A DNA stretch of 54,083 bases from Nitrospirota bacterium. Lineage in GTDB: Bacteria > Nitrospirota > Nitrospiria > Nitrospirales > Nitrospiraceae. Numbering within the stretch: position 1 is the first letter of the stretch; the number at the start of each line of letters is the position of its first letter. The position numbers were made by a program, and so were the translations under genes. The stretch spans positions 1-54,083 of the forward strand of contig VBOL01000043.1 of the NCBI GenBank assembly GCA_005887945.1, given 5' to 3'. Below the pieces are notes generated by a model. That model was not told where the DNA came from, searched no databases, and saw nothing but the letters and a program-made list of their open reading frames with translations. Of the stretch, positions 19,346 to 27,154 are shown piece by piece.

Positions 19346-21295
19346 CCCCACTCCGTGGCTGACCACGCGAGACATCCCTTCCTTACCGTCCTCGCCTTCG
19401 CTCATCGCGACCGGCCAGGTGACCAACCCTGACACACCCTGCGCCGATCCGACGGCCTGCGTCTGCTGCGCATAGATCTGCGGCAACTTGTTCGTCCCGA
19501 ACTTCGAGATGTAGAGAAAGACATGTTCCCGCGCGTTCACGCGCACAGCCCAGGGATGAAAATCGTTTTTGTAGAATTCTTCGCAGAGCTGCATCGCGTC
19601 CAGGCACGAGAGGGTACTCGGATCGTTCAACGTGTAGTAATAGTCCAGGGGCAGATCGTAGTCCTCTTGCTTGTGGATCGTAATGCCAAACTTGTCCGGG
19701 TTGCGCACCATCGGCGTATGACGATAGGCCACAAAGTAGAACAGCTCCACCGAGTGAATCACCGGCTGGTTGTCAATGACGAATTGGCGGGTCTCCAGCG
19801 CTTCATCGCGCGTCTCGCCAGGAAAGCCATAGAACGCCATCACGTGGTTCCAGATCCCCGCCTTCGCCGCCCGATGCAGGTTGTTCTGGATCACGCTCTT
19901 CTTGGCGTGCTTGTCCATGAGGTTCAACACCCGCTCGCTCGCCGACTCCATCCCATAATAGAGAGTGCAGCAGCCGGCTTTCGCCGCCAGGTTCCAGATC
20001 TCCTGGTCTTGCAGGGTTTCTTCAAACCGGATCAACGTCGTCCACTTGATCCCGACGTGTTGATCAACCAGCAACTGCGACACCTTCTTGAACAACGCCG
20101 GCGGATAGGATTCATCGGAGAAGAGAAAATGGCGGCAGTGATACTTGTCCCGCAGCGCTTTGATCTGTTCGACCACTTGCGAGGCCGGCACCCCACGATA
20201 TTGGTCGAAGTAGCCTTGGCCATGGTCACAGAACGTGCAGCGGCCCCAATAGCATCCGCGCGTCGCGAGGTAGGGAATGATCAGCTCCGGCACGAAGTAG
20301 CGCTCCAGCGGCAGCCCCTCGAAATCCGGCAAGGGCAGCGCGGTCGTCTTCTCGGTATAGACTTCGGGATTCTCATGCACGCCTGAGGCATCGCGATACA
20401 TCAAGTTGGGCACGGAGGTGATGGCCCGCTCGCCGTTCAACGCCTCGATGAGCCAGAGCAGCGCATGCTCCCCTTCATAGAGGATCGCCGAGTCAAAGAT
20501 CTCGGTGAAAAATCGCTCCTGTTTCGGCAGCTCTTCCTGCAACCTCGTGATGACATTGCCGCCCACCACTACATGGATATGCGGGAACGTCTCCTTGATC
20601 ATCTTGCAAAACGTGAGGCCCGCGAGCAGCTGCATCTGCGTCCCGATCGAGAGCCCGACGACATCCGGCTTCTCTTTCGTCACCGCCGGCATGACCAACT
20701 GATTGCAGACATCCCGATAGACGTTCACCTGTTCATCGCCCAAACAATCGAAGACTTCTTTCGATACACCTGGGCGATAGCCTAGATTGCTTTCCATCGG
20801 ATAGAACACGAGCGACGAAGGATAGTAGGCGGTGGAAATGTAGTGCATCACCTCGCGGAAGGTATTCAACGATGTTTCGAGCTTCTCCGCTTCATAGAAT
20901 TGTGGGCCCCGGACCACGCGCTTCGACTCTTCCGCCCGCTCTGCCAGATCGAACAGGTCCACGTCCGCCGCCTGCTCCAGCGCCGCCTGCTGGTCCATCT
21001 CCTTGTCTGTCAGTTCCTCTCGCAGTTCCTTCGCCTCCAGGGCCTTCAACTGCATGGTCTGGCGGGCCTTGATCCAGATCAGGAACTCCATGCTGAAGAA
21101 GCGATCGTACATCTCGATGTTGATGTCGCGCTGCACGACTTGATGCCCCGCTTCGCGGAGGACGGCGGTCAAAGAGGGCAAGGCCAGATAGGGAGCAGTC
21201 GGCACCCATTCAGGCGGAAAGAGCAACATGACCTTGCTCGTTTTCCGCGCCCCCTGCACAGGAGCCAGTGCATTAATATGAATCAGCTCACTCAT
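19343..21295 (-). CDS. B12-binding domain radical SAM protein (paralog 1)
   Basis: 650 aa. N-terminal KVMLLFPPEW...LPSLTAVLREAGH (B12-binding-like). Cluster motif ATRGCYWGRCTFCDH. Confidence 0.85.
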   Translation of the reverse strand: MSELIHINALAPVQGARKTSKVMLLFPPEWVPTAPYLALPSLTAVLREAGHQVVQRDINIEMYDRFFSMEFLIWIKARQTMQLKALEAKELREELTDKEMDQQAALEQAADVDLFDLAERAEESKRVVRGPQFYEAEKLETSLNTFREVMHYISTAYYPSSLVFYPMESNLGYRPGVSKEVFDCLGDEQVNVYRDVCNQLVMPAVTKEKPDVVGLSIGTQMQLLAGLTFCKMIKETFPHIHVVVGGNVITRLQEELPKQERFFTEIFDSAILYEGEHALLWLIEALNGERAITSVPNLMYRDASGVHENPEVYTEKTTALPLPDFEGLPLERYFVPELIIPYLATRGCYWGRCTFCDHGQGYFDQYRGVPASQVVEQIKALRDKYHCRHFLFSDESYPPALFKKVSQLLVDQHVGIKWTTLIRFEETLQDQEIWNLAAKAGCCTLYYGMESASERVLNLMDKHAKKSVIQNNLHRAAKAGIWNHVMAFYGFPGETRDEALETRQFVIDNQPVIHSVELFYFVAYRHTPMVRNPDKFGITIHKQEDYDLPLDYYYTLNDPSTLSCLDAMQLCEEFYKNDFHPWAVRVNAREHVFLYISKFGTNKLPQIYAQQTQAVGSAQGVSGLVTWPVAMSEGEDGKEGMSRVVSHGVG

Positions 21296-21397
21296 CGTCT
21301 TCTATCCCCTTTACCCCAACTATCCCACTATCCCACTATCCCCTTACCCCGCTACCCCTTTACCCCTACCCCAACCCGATCCGGATTGAATTGCAAG
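21296..21397 (-). repeat. C4-tract intercistronic spacer (G-quadruplex motif on the sense strand between the two rSAM genes)
   Basis: + strand CCCCttaCCCCgctaCCCCtttaCCCCtaCCCC, i.e. minus strand GGGGtaGGGGtaaaGGGGtagcGGGGtaaGGGG. Confidence 0.65.
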
Positions 21398-23167
21398 TCA
21401 GATAACTTCCGGAGGCCGAACCGAGCGATGCTCGAACACCCGCTCCGCCTCTTCGATGCTCATTCCGTTATTCACCGTGTAGTAGTAGTCGAGGGCCAGG
21501 TCCCATTCGGGATTCTTATAGACCGTCACACCCCAGCGCTCCGGCTGCTTGGCCACCGGCGTGTGCTTGCTCAGGTCAAACGTGCCGAAGCCGAGCGAAT
21601 GTACGTGTTCTTTGTTTTGCTCCAGAAACTGCACCGACGACCAGGCTTCTTCTTTCGTTTCGCCAGGAAATCCAAAAAAGCCCATGCAGTGGTTCCAGAT
21701 GCCGACGTTGGCCGACATTTGCAGATGCTGCGTGATGACCTCCGTCGTCGTCGCCTTGTCCATTAGCTTCAGCACCCGCTCGTTCCCCGACTCGTAGCCG
21801 AAGTGGAGATAGCGGCAGCCGGAGTCTTTCGCATCCTGCCAGACCGTTTCATCCAGCAGGCTTTTCTCGAATCGCATATGGGTCGTCCAGATAATGTCCA
21901 TCTTCGAATCAATCAACCCGCGAGCCAGCTTGCGGAACAAGGCCGGCGGATAGGATTCGTCGGTAAAGTGGAAATGCTTGGCGCCGTACTTATTCTTCAA
22001 ATACCCGATCTCGTCAATGATTTCCTGGATCTTCTTCGTCCGGTAGCCCGCCGTATAGCCCTCGCCATGGTCGCAGAACTCGCAGCGGCCCCAGTAACAG
22101 CCTCTCGTCGCCAGATAGGGCAAGACTTTTATCGGCACGAAATACTTCTCTAGCGGCAGGCCGTCGAAGTCTGGCGGTGGCAGAGAGGCCATGTCTTCCG
22201 AGTAGCTGGTTGGCGACGTATGCACGCCGGTTTCGTCCTTATATATGGTGTTGGGCACGTCGGCGAGACTCCGCCTCGCCCCCACCGCAGACACCAGCTG
22301 CACAAACGCCGTCTCCCCTTCATAGACCACCGCACTGTCGAAGTATCGGAATAGTGGCGACTGAGGTAGCACATCGCGCAGGCGCGTGACCGTGTTGCCG
22401 CCGATCGTGACGTGAATGTGGGGGAAGTGCTGCTTGATGAGGGCACAGAAGGTCATAGAGGAGAACAGCTGCTGCTGCAAGACGATCGAGATGCCGATCA
22501 CGTCCGGCTGCTCCTTCTCGATCACCGGCTTCACCAGATGCTCGAACACGTCGCGATACACGTTCACCTGCGTATCGTGAATGGCATCCATCACCTCGGA
22601 CGAGGAAAAGACTTTGTACGACAGATCGGTTTCCATCGGCGGCATACAGACCCGGGCCGGGGCATAGACCATCGAGATCACGGAAGTGACCTCACGTAAT
22701 ACATTGATTGCCCACTCTAACTGATCGATATCGTAGAATGTTTCCCCTCTGATAATCGCCTTCGCCTTCTCCGCCTGCTTGATCAACTCATCGATCCGCT
22801 GCCTGGTCAGGTCGCAGAGCGCCAGCTGCAGATCCATCTCGTCGGCGCTCAGATCGCGCTTCTTCGACAGTTTGCGGAGCCGATCGAGCTGCTGCGGCAC
22901 CCGGCGCAGGACCTTCTTCAGGAAATCCTCGCTGAAGTACCAGTCGTACATTTCAAGGTTGATGTCTTTTTGGATGATCGTATGGCCGGCCTGCCGAAGG
23001 ACGGCGGTGAGGGAGGGAAGGCTGAGATACGGTTCGGAGGGATACCAGTCCGGCGGGAAGATCAGCATGACTTTCATCTTCTGGCCGCTGGTGGCTTCGG
23101 AAGTCTGGCGATGGAGCAGGATCAGTTCCTTGGAAGCCAGTTCGCCCTTCGAATACTCAATCCGCAT
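21398..23167 (-). CDS. B12-binding domain radical SAM protein (paralog 2)
   Basis: ORF 21398..23206. Start placed at MRIEYSKGE (23167) because this ATG and its 30 codons are conserved in the two upstream remnant copies. Alternative start MKVMLIFPP at 23077. Motif ATRGCYWGRCEFCDH. Confidence 0.85.
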   Translation of the reverse strand: MRIEYSKGELASKELILLHRQTSEATSGQKMKVMLIFPPDWYPSEPYLSLPSLTAVLRQAGHTIIQKDINLEMYDWYFSEDFLKKVLRRVPQQLDRLRKLSKKRDLSADEMDLQLALCDLTRQRIDELIKQAEKAKAIIRGETFYDIDQLEWAINVLREVTSVISMVYAPARVCMPPMETDLSYKVFSSSEVMDAIHDTQVNVYRDVFEHLVKPVIEKEQPDVIGISIVLQQQLFSSMTFCALIKQHFPHIHVTIGGNTVTRLRDVLPQSPLFRYFDSAVVYEGETAFVQLVSAVGARRSLADVPNTIYKDETGVHTSPTSYSEDMASLPPPDFDGLPLEKYFVPIKVLPYLATRGCYWGRCEFCDHGEGYTAGYRTKKIQEIIDEIGYLKNKYGAKHFHFTDESYPPALFRKLARGLIDSKMDIIWTTHMRFEKSLLDETVWQDAKDSGCRYLHFGYESGNERVLKLMDKATTTEVITQHLQMSANVGIWNHCMGFFGFPGETKEEAWSSVQFLEQNKEHVHSLGFGTFDLSKHTPVAKQPERWGVTVYKNPEWDLALDYYYTVNNGMSIEEAERVFEHRSVRPPEVI

Positions 23168-23295
23168 GAACCACGGCTCCTCTATCGACCGGCACCCTGA
23201 AACCATCAGAATGCCAAGGGGTTAGGCTAGCGAACGGTGTATTGTACGGGGGTGGAAGAAGGATATTCAAGGGCGGAAAAAGGTTAGGACACCCC
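23076..23295 (-). repeat. copy A (attached to the intact gene) of the triplicated block: rSAM codons 1-31 plus about 130 nt upstream
   Basis: Aligns by eye with 23916-24141 and 25425-25635. Similarity ends at ATCTTC(T/C)GGCC on the gene side. Confidence 0.8.
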
Positions 23296-23343
23296 ATGAA
23301 GCCGGTTTAGCCGGTATTCACGGCACAAGGGATGTGCCGTGTG

Positions 23344-23647
23344 TTATGAAAGGTCTGGCGAGGCACCACGCTTCGTATGCCAGAGGGCAAGTATTTCGAC
23401 CGTCATAGGATCGGAAATCACACGGTAGTACAAATAGTAATGGACGCGGTGAAGATGAATACGGCGGACATCGGCAAGCTTGACGTTCCGAGCCTGTGCC
23501 CCGATCGATGGTTGCGATGCAAGGAGTTGGAGTGCGCGCTCAAGCTCTACGGCAAATGCATCTGGAGCCTTCTATCCACCACTCGGCGGCTTCGACAATA
23601 GCTCGTGCGGCGCTGCTGACGATGCGGACGGGGAAGGGACCGTTCAC
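23344..23647 (-). pseudogene. ParE/RelE-type toxin, frameshifted
   Basis: Own translation: VNGPFPVRIVSSAARAIVEAAEWWIEGS, then a +1 shift near 23560-23575 into DAFAVELERALQLLASQPSIGAQARNVKLADVRRIHLHRVHYYLYYRVISDPMTVEILALWHTKRG. The GTG start overlaps the antitoxin stop (GTGA). Confidence 0.6.
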
Positions 23648-23861
23648 GATCGGCGAATCTGCTGCAGGACTTGTGACGCGCTTGTCGTCTCTCCTCGCTC
23701 GGCCTCCGCGATAGCTGCGAGGAGCTGGCCTCCTCCTCAGGTTTGAGTTCGAAGGTTTCATTACCTTCCGGGGCCAACACCGTCACAATAGCTCCTTCAG
23801 GGAGGCCCGTCGCATCAACCTTGATCGTCCCGCCGAGGACCTTTCCAGTGGTAATCAGCAT
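23644..23861 (-). pseudogene. cognate antitoxin, frameshifted
   Basis: MLITTGKVLGGTIKVDATGLPEGAIVTVLAPEGNETFELKPEEEA, then after a 1-nt shift near 23724-23730 the expected ending LLAAIAEAERGETTSASQVLQQIRRS-stop. Confidence 0.55.
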
Positions 23862-23878
23862 GACGGCATCCTAGCACT

Positions 23879-24013
23879 TCATAGAGAAGCCGTCCAACGT
23901 CCCATGCGATCTGCAACCTTTATCTTCCGGCCGCTGGTGGCTTCGGAGGTCTGGCGATGGAGCAGGATAAGTTCTTTGGAGGCCCGTTCGCCCTTCGAAT
24001 ACTCTATCCTCAT
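23879..24013 (-). pseudogene. 5-prime remnant of the rSAM gene (copy B): 30 conserved codons + 14 unrelated codons
   Basis: Own translation: MRIEYSKGERASKELILLHRQTSEATSGRKIKVADRMGRWTASL-stop. Confidence 0.7.
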
Positions 24014-24141
24014 GAAGCGCGGCTCCTCTATCGGACCGGCACCCTGAAATCATCAGAATGCCAAGGGGTTAGGCTAGCGAACGGTATATTGTACGGGCGC
24101 AGAAGAACGGGGGTCAAGGGCGGGAGAGCGGCAGGACACCC
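23916..24141 (-). repeat. copy B of the triplicated rSAM 5-prime/upstream block
   Basis: Near-identical to copy A over about 215 nt, including ccatcagaatgccaaggggttaggctagcgaacgg. Confidence 0.8.
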
Positions 24142-24225
24142 ACGTTGCTCCCGTGCTCCCGGAACGCGCACCCTCCGAAGGGCCTCGTTCGACGGCCGCA
24201 ATTGGAGCAACATGGGTGCCCTGCC
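24130..24225. repeat. rod hairpin 1 (GGCAGGACACCCACGTTGCTCC ... GGAGCAACATGGGTGCCCTGCC)
   Basis: 22-nt outer stem with 2 mismatches. The interior is also self-complementary (CCGGAACGCGCACCCT / AGGGCCTCGTTCGACGG). Confidence 0.65.
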
Positions 24226-24321
24226 TCGATGAAATTAAAATCGTACAAAAAGAGGGGGAAGAGAAAGGAAAGCAGCCAGGGTGCCCTCTTTGCTCGCAGG
24301 ACGCGCACGATGAAAGGGGGA

Positions 24322-24417
24322 GGAATGACACCCGTGCAGATCCCTTGCTCCCGGAGCGCGCACGATCAGAATGTGCTCGCTCGACGGCCGCAGTGGGACC
24401 AACACGGGTGCCATTCC
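24322..24417. repeat. rod hairpin 2 (GGAATGACACCCGTG ... CACGGGTGCCATTCC)
   Basis: Shares the internal motif TTGCTCCCGGA(A/G)CGCGCAC...CTCG(T)TCGACGGCCGCA with rod 1. Partial units lie at 24276-24320 and 24440-24545. Confidence 0.6.
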
Positions 24418-24685
24418 ATGAGAGGAGAAGCGAGCGAGCTTGGAAGGATCATTGATGCGCGCAGCCGAGGGCAGCCTTGGCCACTCCCCTGAAGAGAGGT
24501 AGAGCGAGGACGACCCTCGTTGGAGACGCGCACGATGGAGACCACCTAGTCGCCCCATGAGCGCATCGCGAACAGACGCGACGAAAATTTCTTATTGACA
24601 GGGCTGGGCGCGATCCGCAATCGTGCTGGCGTGCTGATTCTCCCCAGTGCGTAGATACCGGTAGACTGGAGTTTGTTGGGCGGGG

Positions 24686-25036
24686 ATGATGGAAATCAAA
24701 ATACTTCGGGATGCCGTGACCAGGCACGAGCTGAACGAAATGGCGAAGCAGCAGTTCGGAGATATGGTCAAGGCTGTCGTCGATGTGGAACAGGGTATTA
24801 TGGCGATCGGCGGAGAACTCCATTCGGACGAGGAGGCGATTCTCCTAGATCAGGGGTCTGTGCAAAAAAACTTATGGGGAATCAACCTCTACCCGGAGCG
24901 TCCGGTTCCGGAATGGATCGAGTTCGATTCCTTGATTAATGTGCGCCCGTCTGGAGGGAATCGTTCCCGCTACGTCGAAAGCGCCAAGATCCGTGACGCA
25001 GTCACCACAATTGTCAATCGATTGGTCGAGGGGTAG
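24686..25036 (+). CDS. conserved small protein (resembles DUF5674-type proteins)
   Basis: 116 aa ORF: MMEIKILRDAVTRHELNEMAKQQFGDMVKAVVDVEQGIMAIGGELHSDEE. Family recalled, not verified. Confidence 0.6.
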   Translation: MMEIKILRDAVTRHELNEMAKQQFGDMVKAVVDVEQGIMAIGGELHSDEEAILLDQGSVQKNLWGINLYPERPVPEWIEFDSLINVRPSGGNRSRYVESAKIRDAVTTIVNRLVEG

Positions 25037-25041
25037 GCGGC

Positions 25042-25371
25042 ATGTCACACGTCCATGCGGATCTCGCCGCCGGTCGATGGCAGACCTTGCCGCTCGTGGA
25101 ACAGCTGGCTAATGTCGGGAGCGATGTGGCGCGCGCGCATCGTTGGCATGGGAAAGATCCACTTCTTTCTGAAAAAGCGTTTATCCGCGCATTAGAGCTG
25201 CTCGACCTGACTATAGGGGATGATCGCTGGAAAGGTCGCAGGAAAGAACTCACACGTGTACGCGAGCTGCTCTGTGATGCGATGTTCGGGGGCTCCGCAT
25301 ACGGTAGCGATCTGGCCAGCCTGGATCGCTACTTCTACCATTTCGCCGTTGCGGCACGGGCCGGACGCTAA
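25042..25371 (+). CDS. hypothetical protein, partner of the preceding gene
   Basis: 109 aa ORF 6 nt downstream of the previous stop. All-helical pattern (LVEQLANVGSDVARA...RALELLDLTIGDDRW). Confidence 0.55.
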   Translation: MSHVHADLAAGRWQTLPLVEQLANVGSDVARAHRWHGKDPLLSEKAFIRALELLDLTIGDDRWKGRRKELTRVRELLCDAMFGGSAYGSDLASLDRYFYHFAVAARAGR

Positions 25372-25402
25372 CCCGCCAGGTCTCAGCAACACCCGTAGAG
25401 TT

Positions 25403-25516
25403 TCACCGTCTATTTTGTTTCCTGATCTTCCGGCCGCTGGTGGCTTCCCAGGTCTGGCGATGGAGCAGGATCAGTTCTTTGGAGGCCCGTTCGCCCTTGG
25501 AATACTCAACCCGCAT
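25403..25516 (-). pseudogene. 5-prime remnant of the rSAM gene (copy C): 30 conserved codons + 7 unrelated codons
   Basis: Own translation: MRVEYSKGERASKELILLHRQTWEATSGRKIRKQNRR-stop. Confidence 0.7.
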
Positions 25517-25635
25517 ACCGGCCTGCTCTCATATCCGCTGACTGACAAGAAACAGTCAGAAAGCCATGGGGTTACGGGGGCATTGTACGGGGCAGGGAGA
25601 AGGAGATGCAAGGGCGGGAAGGGAGTGGCCAGGAA
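25425..25635 (-). repeat. copy C of the triplicated rSAM 5-prime/upstream block (most diverged)
   Basis: The coding part is well conserved and the upstream part only partly (ccatggggttacggggg...caagggcgggaaggg). Confidence 0.7.
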
Positions 25636-25713
25636 CCTCCTTGCTCGCAGAACGCGCGGCCTAGGAAGGCCCTCGTTCGATGCGCGCAGTTGAGGGCAAC
25701 TTTGGCCACCCCC
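25621..25713. repeat. rod hairpin 3 (GTGGCCAGG ... TTTGGCCAC; core TTGCTCGCAGAACGCGCGGCCTAGGAAGGCCCTCGTTCGATGCGCGCA)
   Basis: Read directly. Preceded by the purine tract gggagaaggagatgcaagggcgggaaggg. Confidence 0.55.
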
Positions 25714-25756
25714 TCCAAATACTGGGGAGAGGAATAGAGAGAAGAGAGAAGAAATA

Positions 25757-25842
25757 CGGCCTGATGATTCCCTTTGCTCGCGCAACGCGCGGCCTCAGAA
25801 GGCCCTCGTTGAACGCGCGCACGATGGGAAAACGCCAGGCCG
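25757..25842. repeat. rod hairpin 4 (CGGCCTG ... CCAGGCCG; core TTTGCTCGCGCAACGCGCGGCCTCAGAAGGCCCTCGTTGAACGCGCGCA)
   Basis: Read directly. Preceded by the purine tract ggggagaggaatagagagaagagagaagaaa. Confidence 0.55.
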
Positions 25843-25965
25843 CCCTTTCCAACACCGGGAGGGGGATGAAGAGAAGATAGGGCTACATCGCTCGCCAGCC
25901 CTCACCTACTCGTACCCCGCCCGGTGCGCCGTGGAAACTTTGAGGCGGCAACTGCTCGGCAGGGC

Positions 25966-25994
25966 TTGACTTCCACGCGATATTCCACTATTCT
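25966..25994 (+). promoter_or_regulatory. candidate sigma70 promoter of the 4-gene operon (TTGACT-N17-TATTCT)
   Basis: TTGACT at 25966-71, 17-nt spacer, TATTCT at 25989-94. An AAGGA RBS precedes the ATG at 26024. Confidence 0.4.
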
Positions 25995-26023
25995 GAAATC
26001 CAATCAATAAGGAATAATGGAAT

Positions 26024-26380
26024 ATGGCAAAAGCGCATGTAACAACGACCCACGGGGCAAAGGTCACGATCGAAGGGACTCCGGAAGAGGTTGCTTTTCT
26101 GGTCTCACGACTTGAAGGGGGACCGCCGCCTTCTCATAGAAAGACCAAGTTCTCAGCTAATAAAAAAAGTCCACGACCTACTCCGACAGGTTTGATATCG
26201 GATCTTATCGACGGCGGCTTCTTCAAAAAGCCAAAAGAGCTAAGCGGGATAAAGCTTGCCATTGAAGAGCAAGGCCACTACTACCCGATAACGTCCTTAT
26301 CGCCGACGTTGCTGCGTCTTGTCAGGAAACGTCAGCTACGACGGATAAAAGAGCAGAAGCGTTGGCTCTACGTTAACTGA
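26024..26380 (+). CDS. orphan protein P1: small N-domain + basic linker + C-terminal winged-helix-like module
   Basis: 118 aa. C-terminus LISDLIDGGFFKKPKELSGIKLAIEEQGHYYPITSLSPTLLRLVRKRQLRRIKEQKRWLYV. The stop overlaps the next start (TGATG). Confidence 0.7.
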   Translation: MAKAHVTTTHGAKVTIEGTPEEVAFLVSRLEGGPPPSHRKTKFSANKKSPRPTPTGLISDLIDGGFFKKPKELSGIKLAIEEQGHYYPITSLSPTLLRLVRKRQLRRIKEQKRWLYVN

Positions 26381-26709
26381 TGGCAATGGATATCAACAAG
26401 ATTCTCAAGGACCTCGAGTCCCGAATTGAAAAACTAGAACTGGCGGTTCTAGACAAACGTCAGAGAAATTTCAGGAAGGCTGATTCCAGTAACTTCAAGG
26501 GTGCGACCGGAGGATTACGACTTTTGGCAACCAAGGGATTTTTTGATCGAAGACGCACATTTGGAGAGATCAAGGAGGCACTTGCGAGTCACGGCTATCA
26601 TTACAGCAAGCAGGCTGTCCAAACCCCACTGAACACACTCTCCAAACCTGACTCAGTATTGGTGAGCTTTCGTGAGGGAGGAAGAAAAGTTTATGCGAGG
26701 CGCAAATAA
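26380..26709 (+). CDS. orphan protein P2: coiled-coil N-terminus + winged-helix-like module (paralogous in pattern to P1)
   Basis: 109 aa. LRLLATKGFFDRRRTFGEIKEALASHGYHYSKQAVQTPLNTLSKPDSVLVSFREGGRKVY. Confidence 0.7.
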   Translation: MAMDINKILKDLESRIEKLELAVLDKRQRNFRKADSSNFKGATGGLRLLATKGFFDRRRTFGEIKEALASHGYHYSKQAVQTPLNTLSKPDSVLVSFREGGRKVYARRK

Positions 26710-27154
26710 TAAGATGAATGAAGAACTGGTCAAGCACCTGGTGCGGATTAAGGAGATGATAGAAACCACTATCGAAATAGTGCGCGCAGATGGGCAAGAA
26801 ACTCTCGCACCGAGAAAAATAGAGAACCATTCCAAGATCAAGAAAGTCAGCACGCACATCGATTTTTCAAAGCCGATTCGACCATTCGTCAAACAACATG
26901 CAGTAGGAATGAATGGTTCGAAGAAATTCACTCTGCTTCTTGCACATCTAGCGGGTGGTGACCACAAAAAGAACGTGCCTCTAGACGAGATCCAAAAATG
27001 TTGGACAAGGATGACCGCTAAGAGTTTGCTCGGAATGAAGTTTAATCGATTCTACTCAGCCGAGGCCAAGAATAACGACTGGGTGAATACTGAGAAGAGC
27101 GGCCTTTATCACTTGAGGCCTTCATGGAAGGAAATCTTCGATGAAGGGCGCTAG
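26693..27154 (+). CDS. orphan protein P3: helical N-terminus + winged-helix-like C-terminus
   Basis: ORF 26672..27154. ATG at 26693 (alternative 26714). C-terminus KKFTLLLAHLAGGDHKKNVPLDEIQKCW...DWVNTEKSGLYHLRPSWKEIF. Overlaps P2 and P4. Confidence 0.65.
   Translation: MRGANNKMNEELVKHLVRIKEMIETTIEIVRADGQETLAPRKIENHSKIKKVSTHIDFSKPIRPFVKQHAVGMNGSKKFTLLLAHLAGGDHKKNVPLDEIQKCWTRMTAKSLLGMKFNRFYSAEAKNNDWVNTEKSGLYHLRPSWKEIFDEGR

Noticed and set aside
19523-21766. Long + strand ORFs (19523..20386, 20843..21766) and 17937..18884
   Set aside because: Antisense shadows of the radical SAM and PhzF genes. The translations are R/H/L/P-rich with no motifs.
23201-23220. Sigma-54 promoter in the triplicated upstream block (minus strand TTGGCATTCTGATGGTT)
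   Set aside because: The -24 element TGGCAT is good, but the -12 region reads TGGTT instead of TTGC(A/T). The pattern is only partly conserved in copy C. Too weak to call.
24130-25842. Canonical integron attC sites (in the rods or the HHT repeats) and an intI gene
   Set aside because: I could not find paired R''/R' boxes (RYYYAAC ... GTTRRRY) at the ends of either repeat type. Only some HHT heads contain ATCCAAC, with no matching GTTGGAT partner. No tyrosine recombinase ORF exists in the window. The idea is kept only as an integron-like hypothesis.
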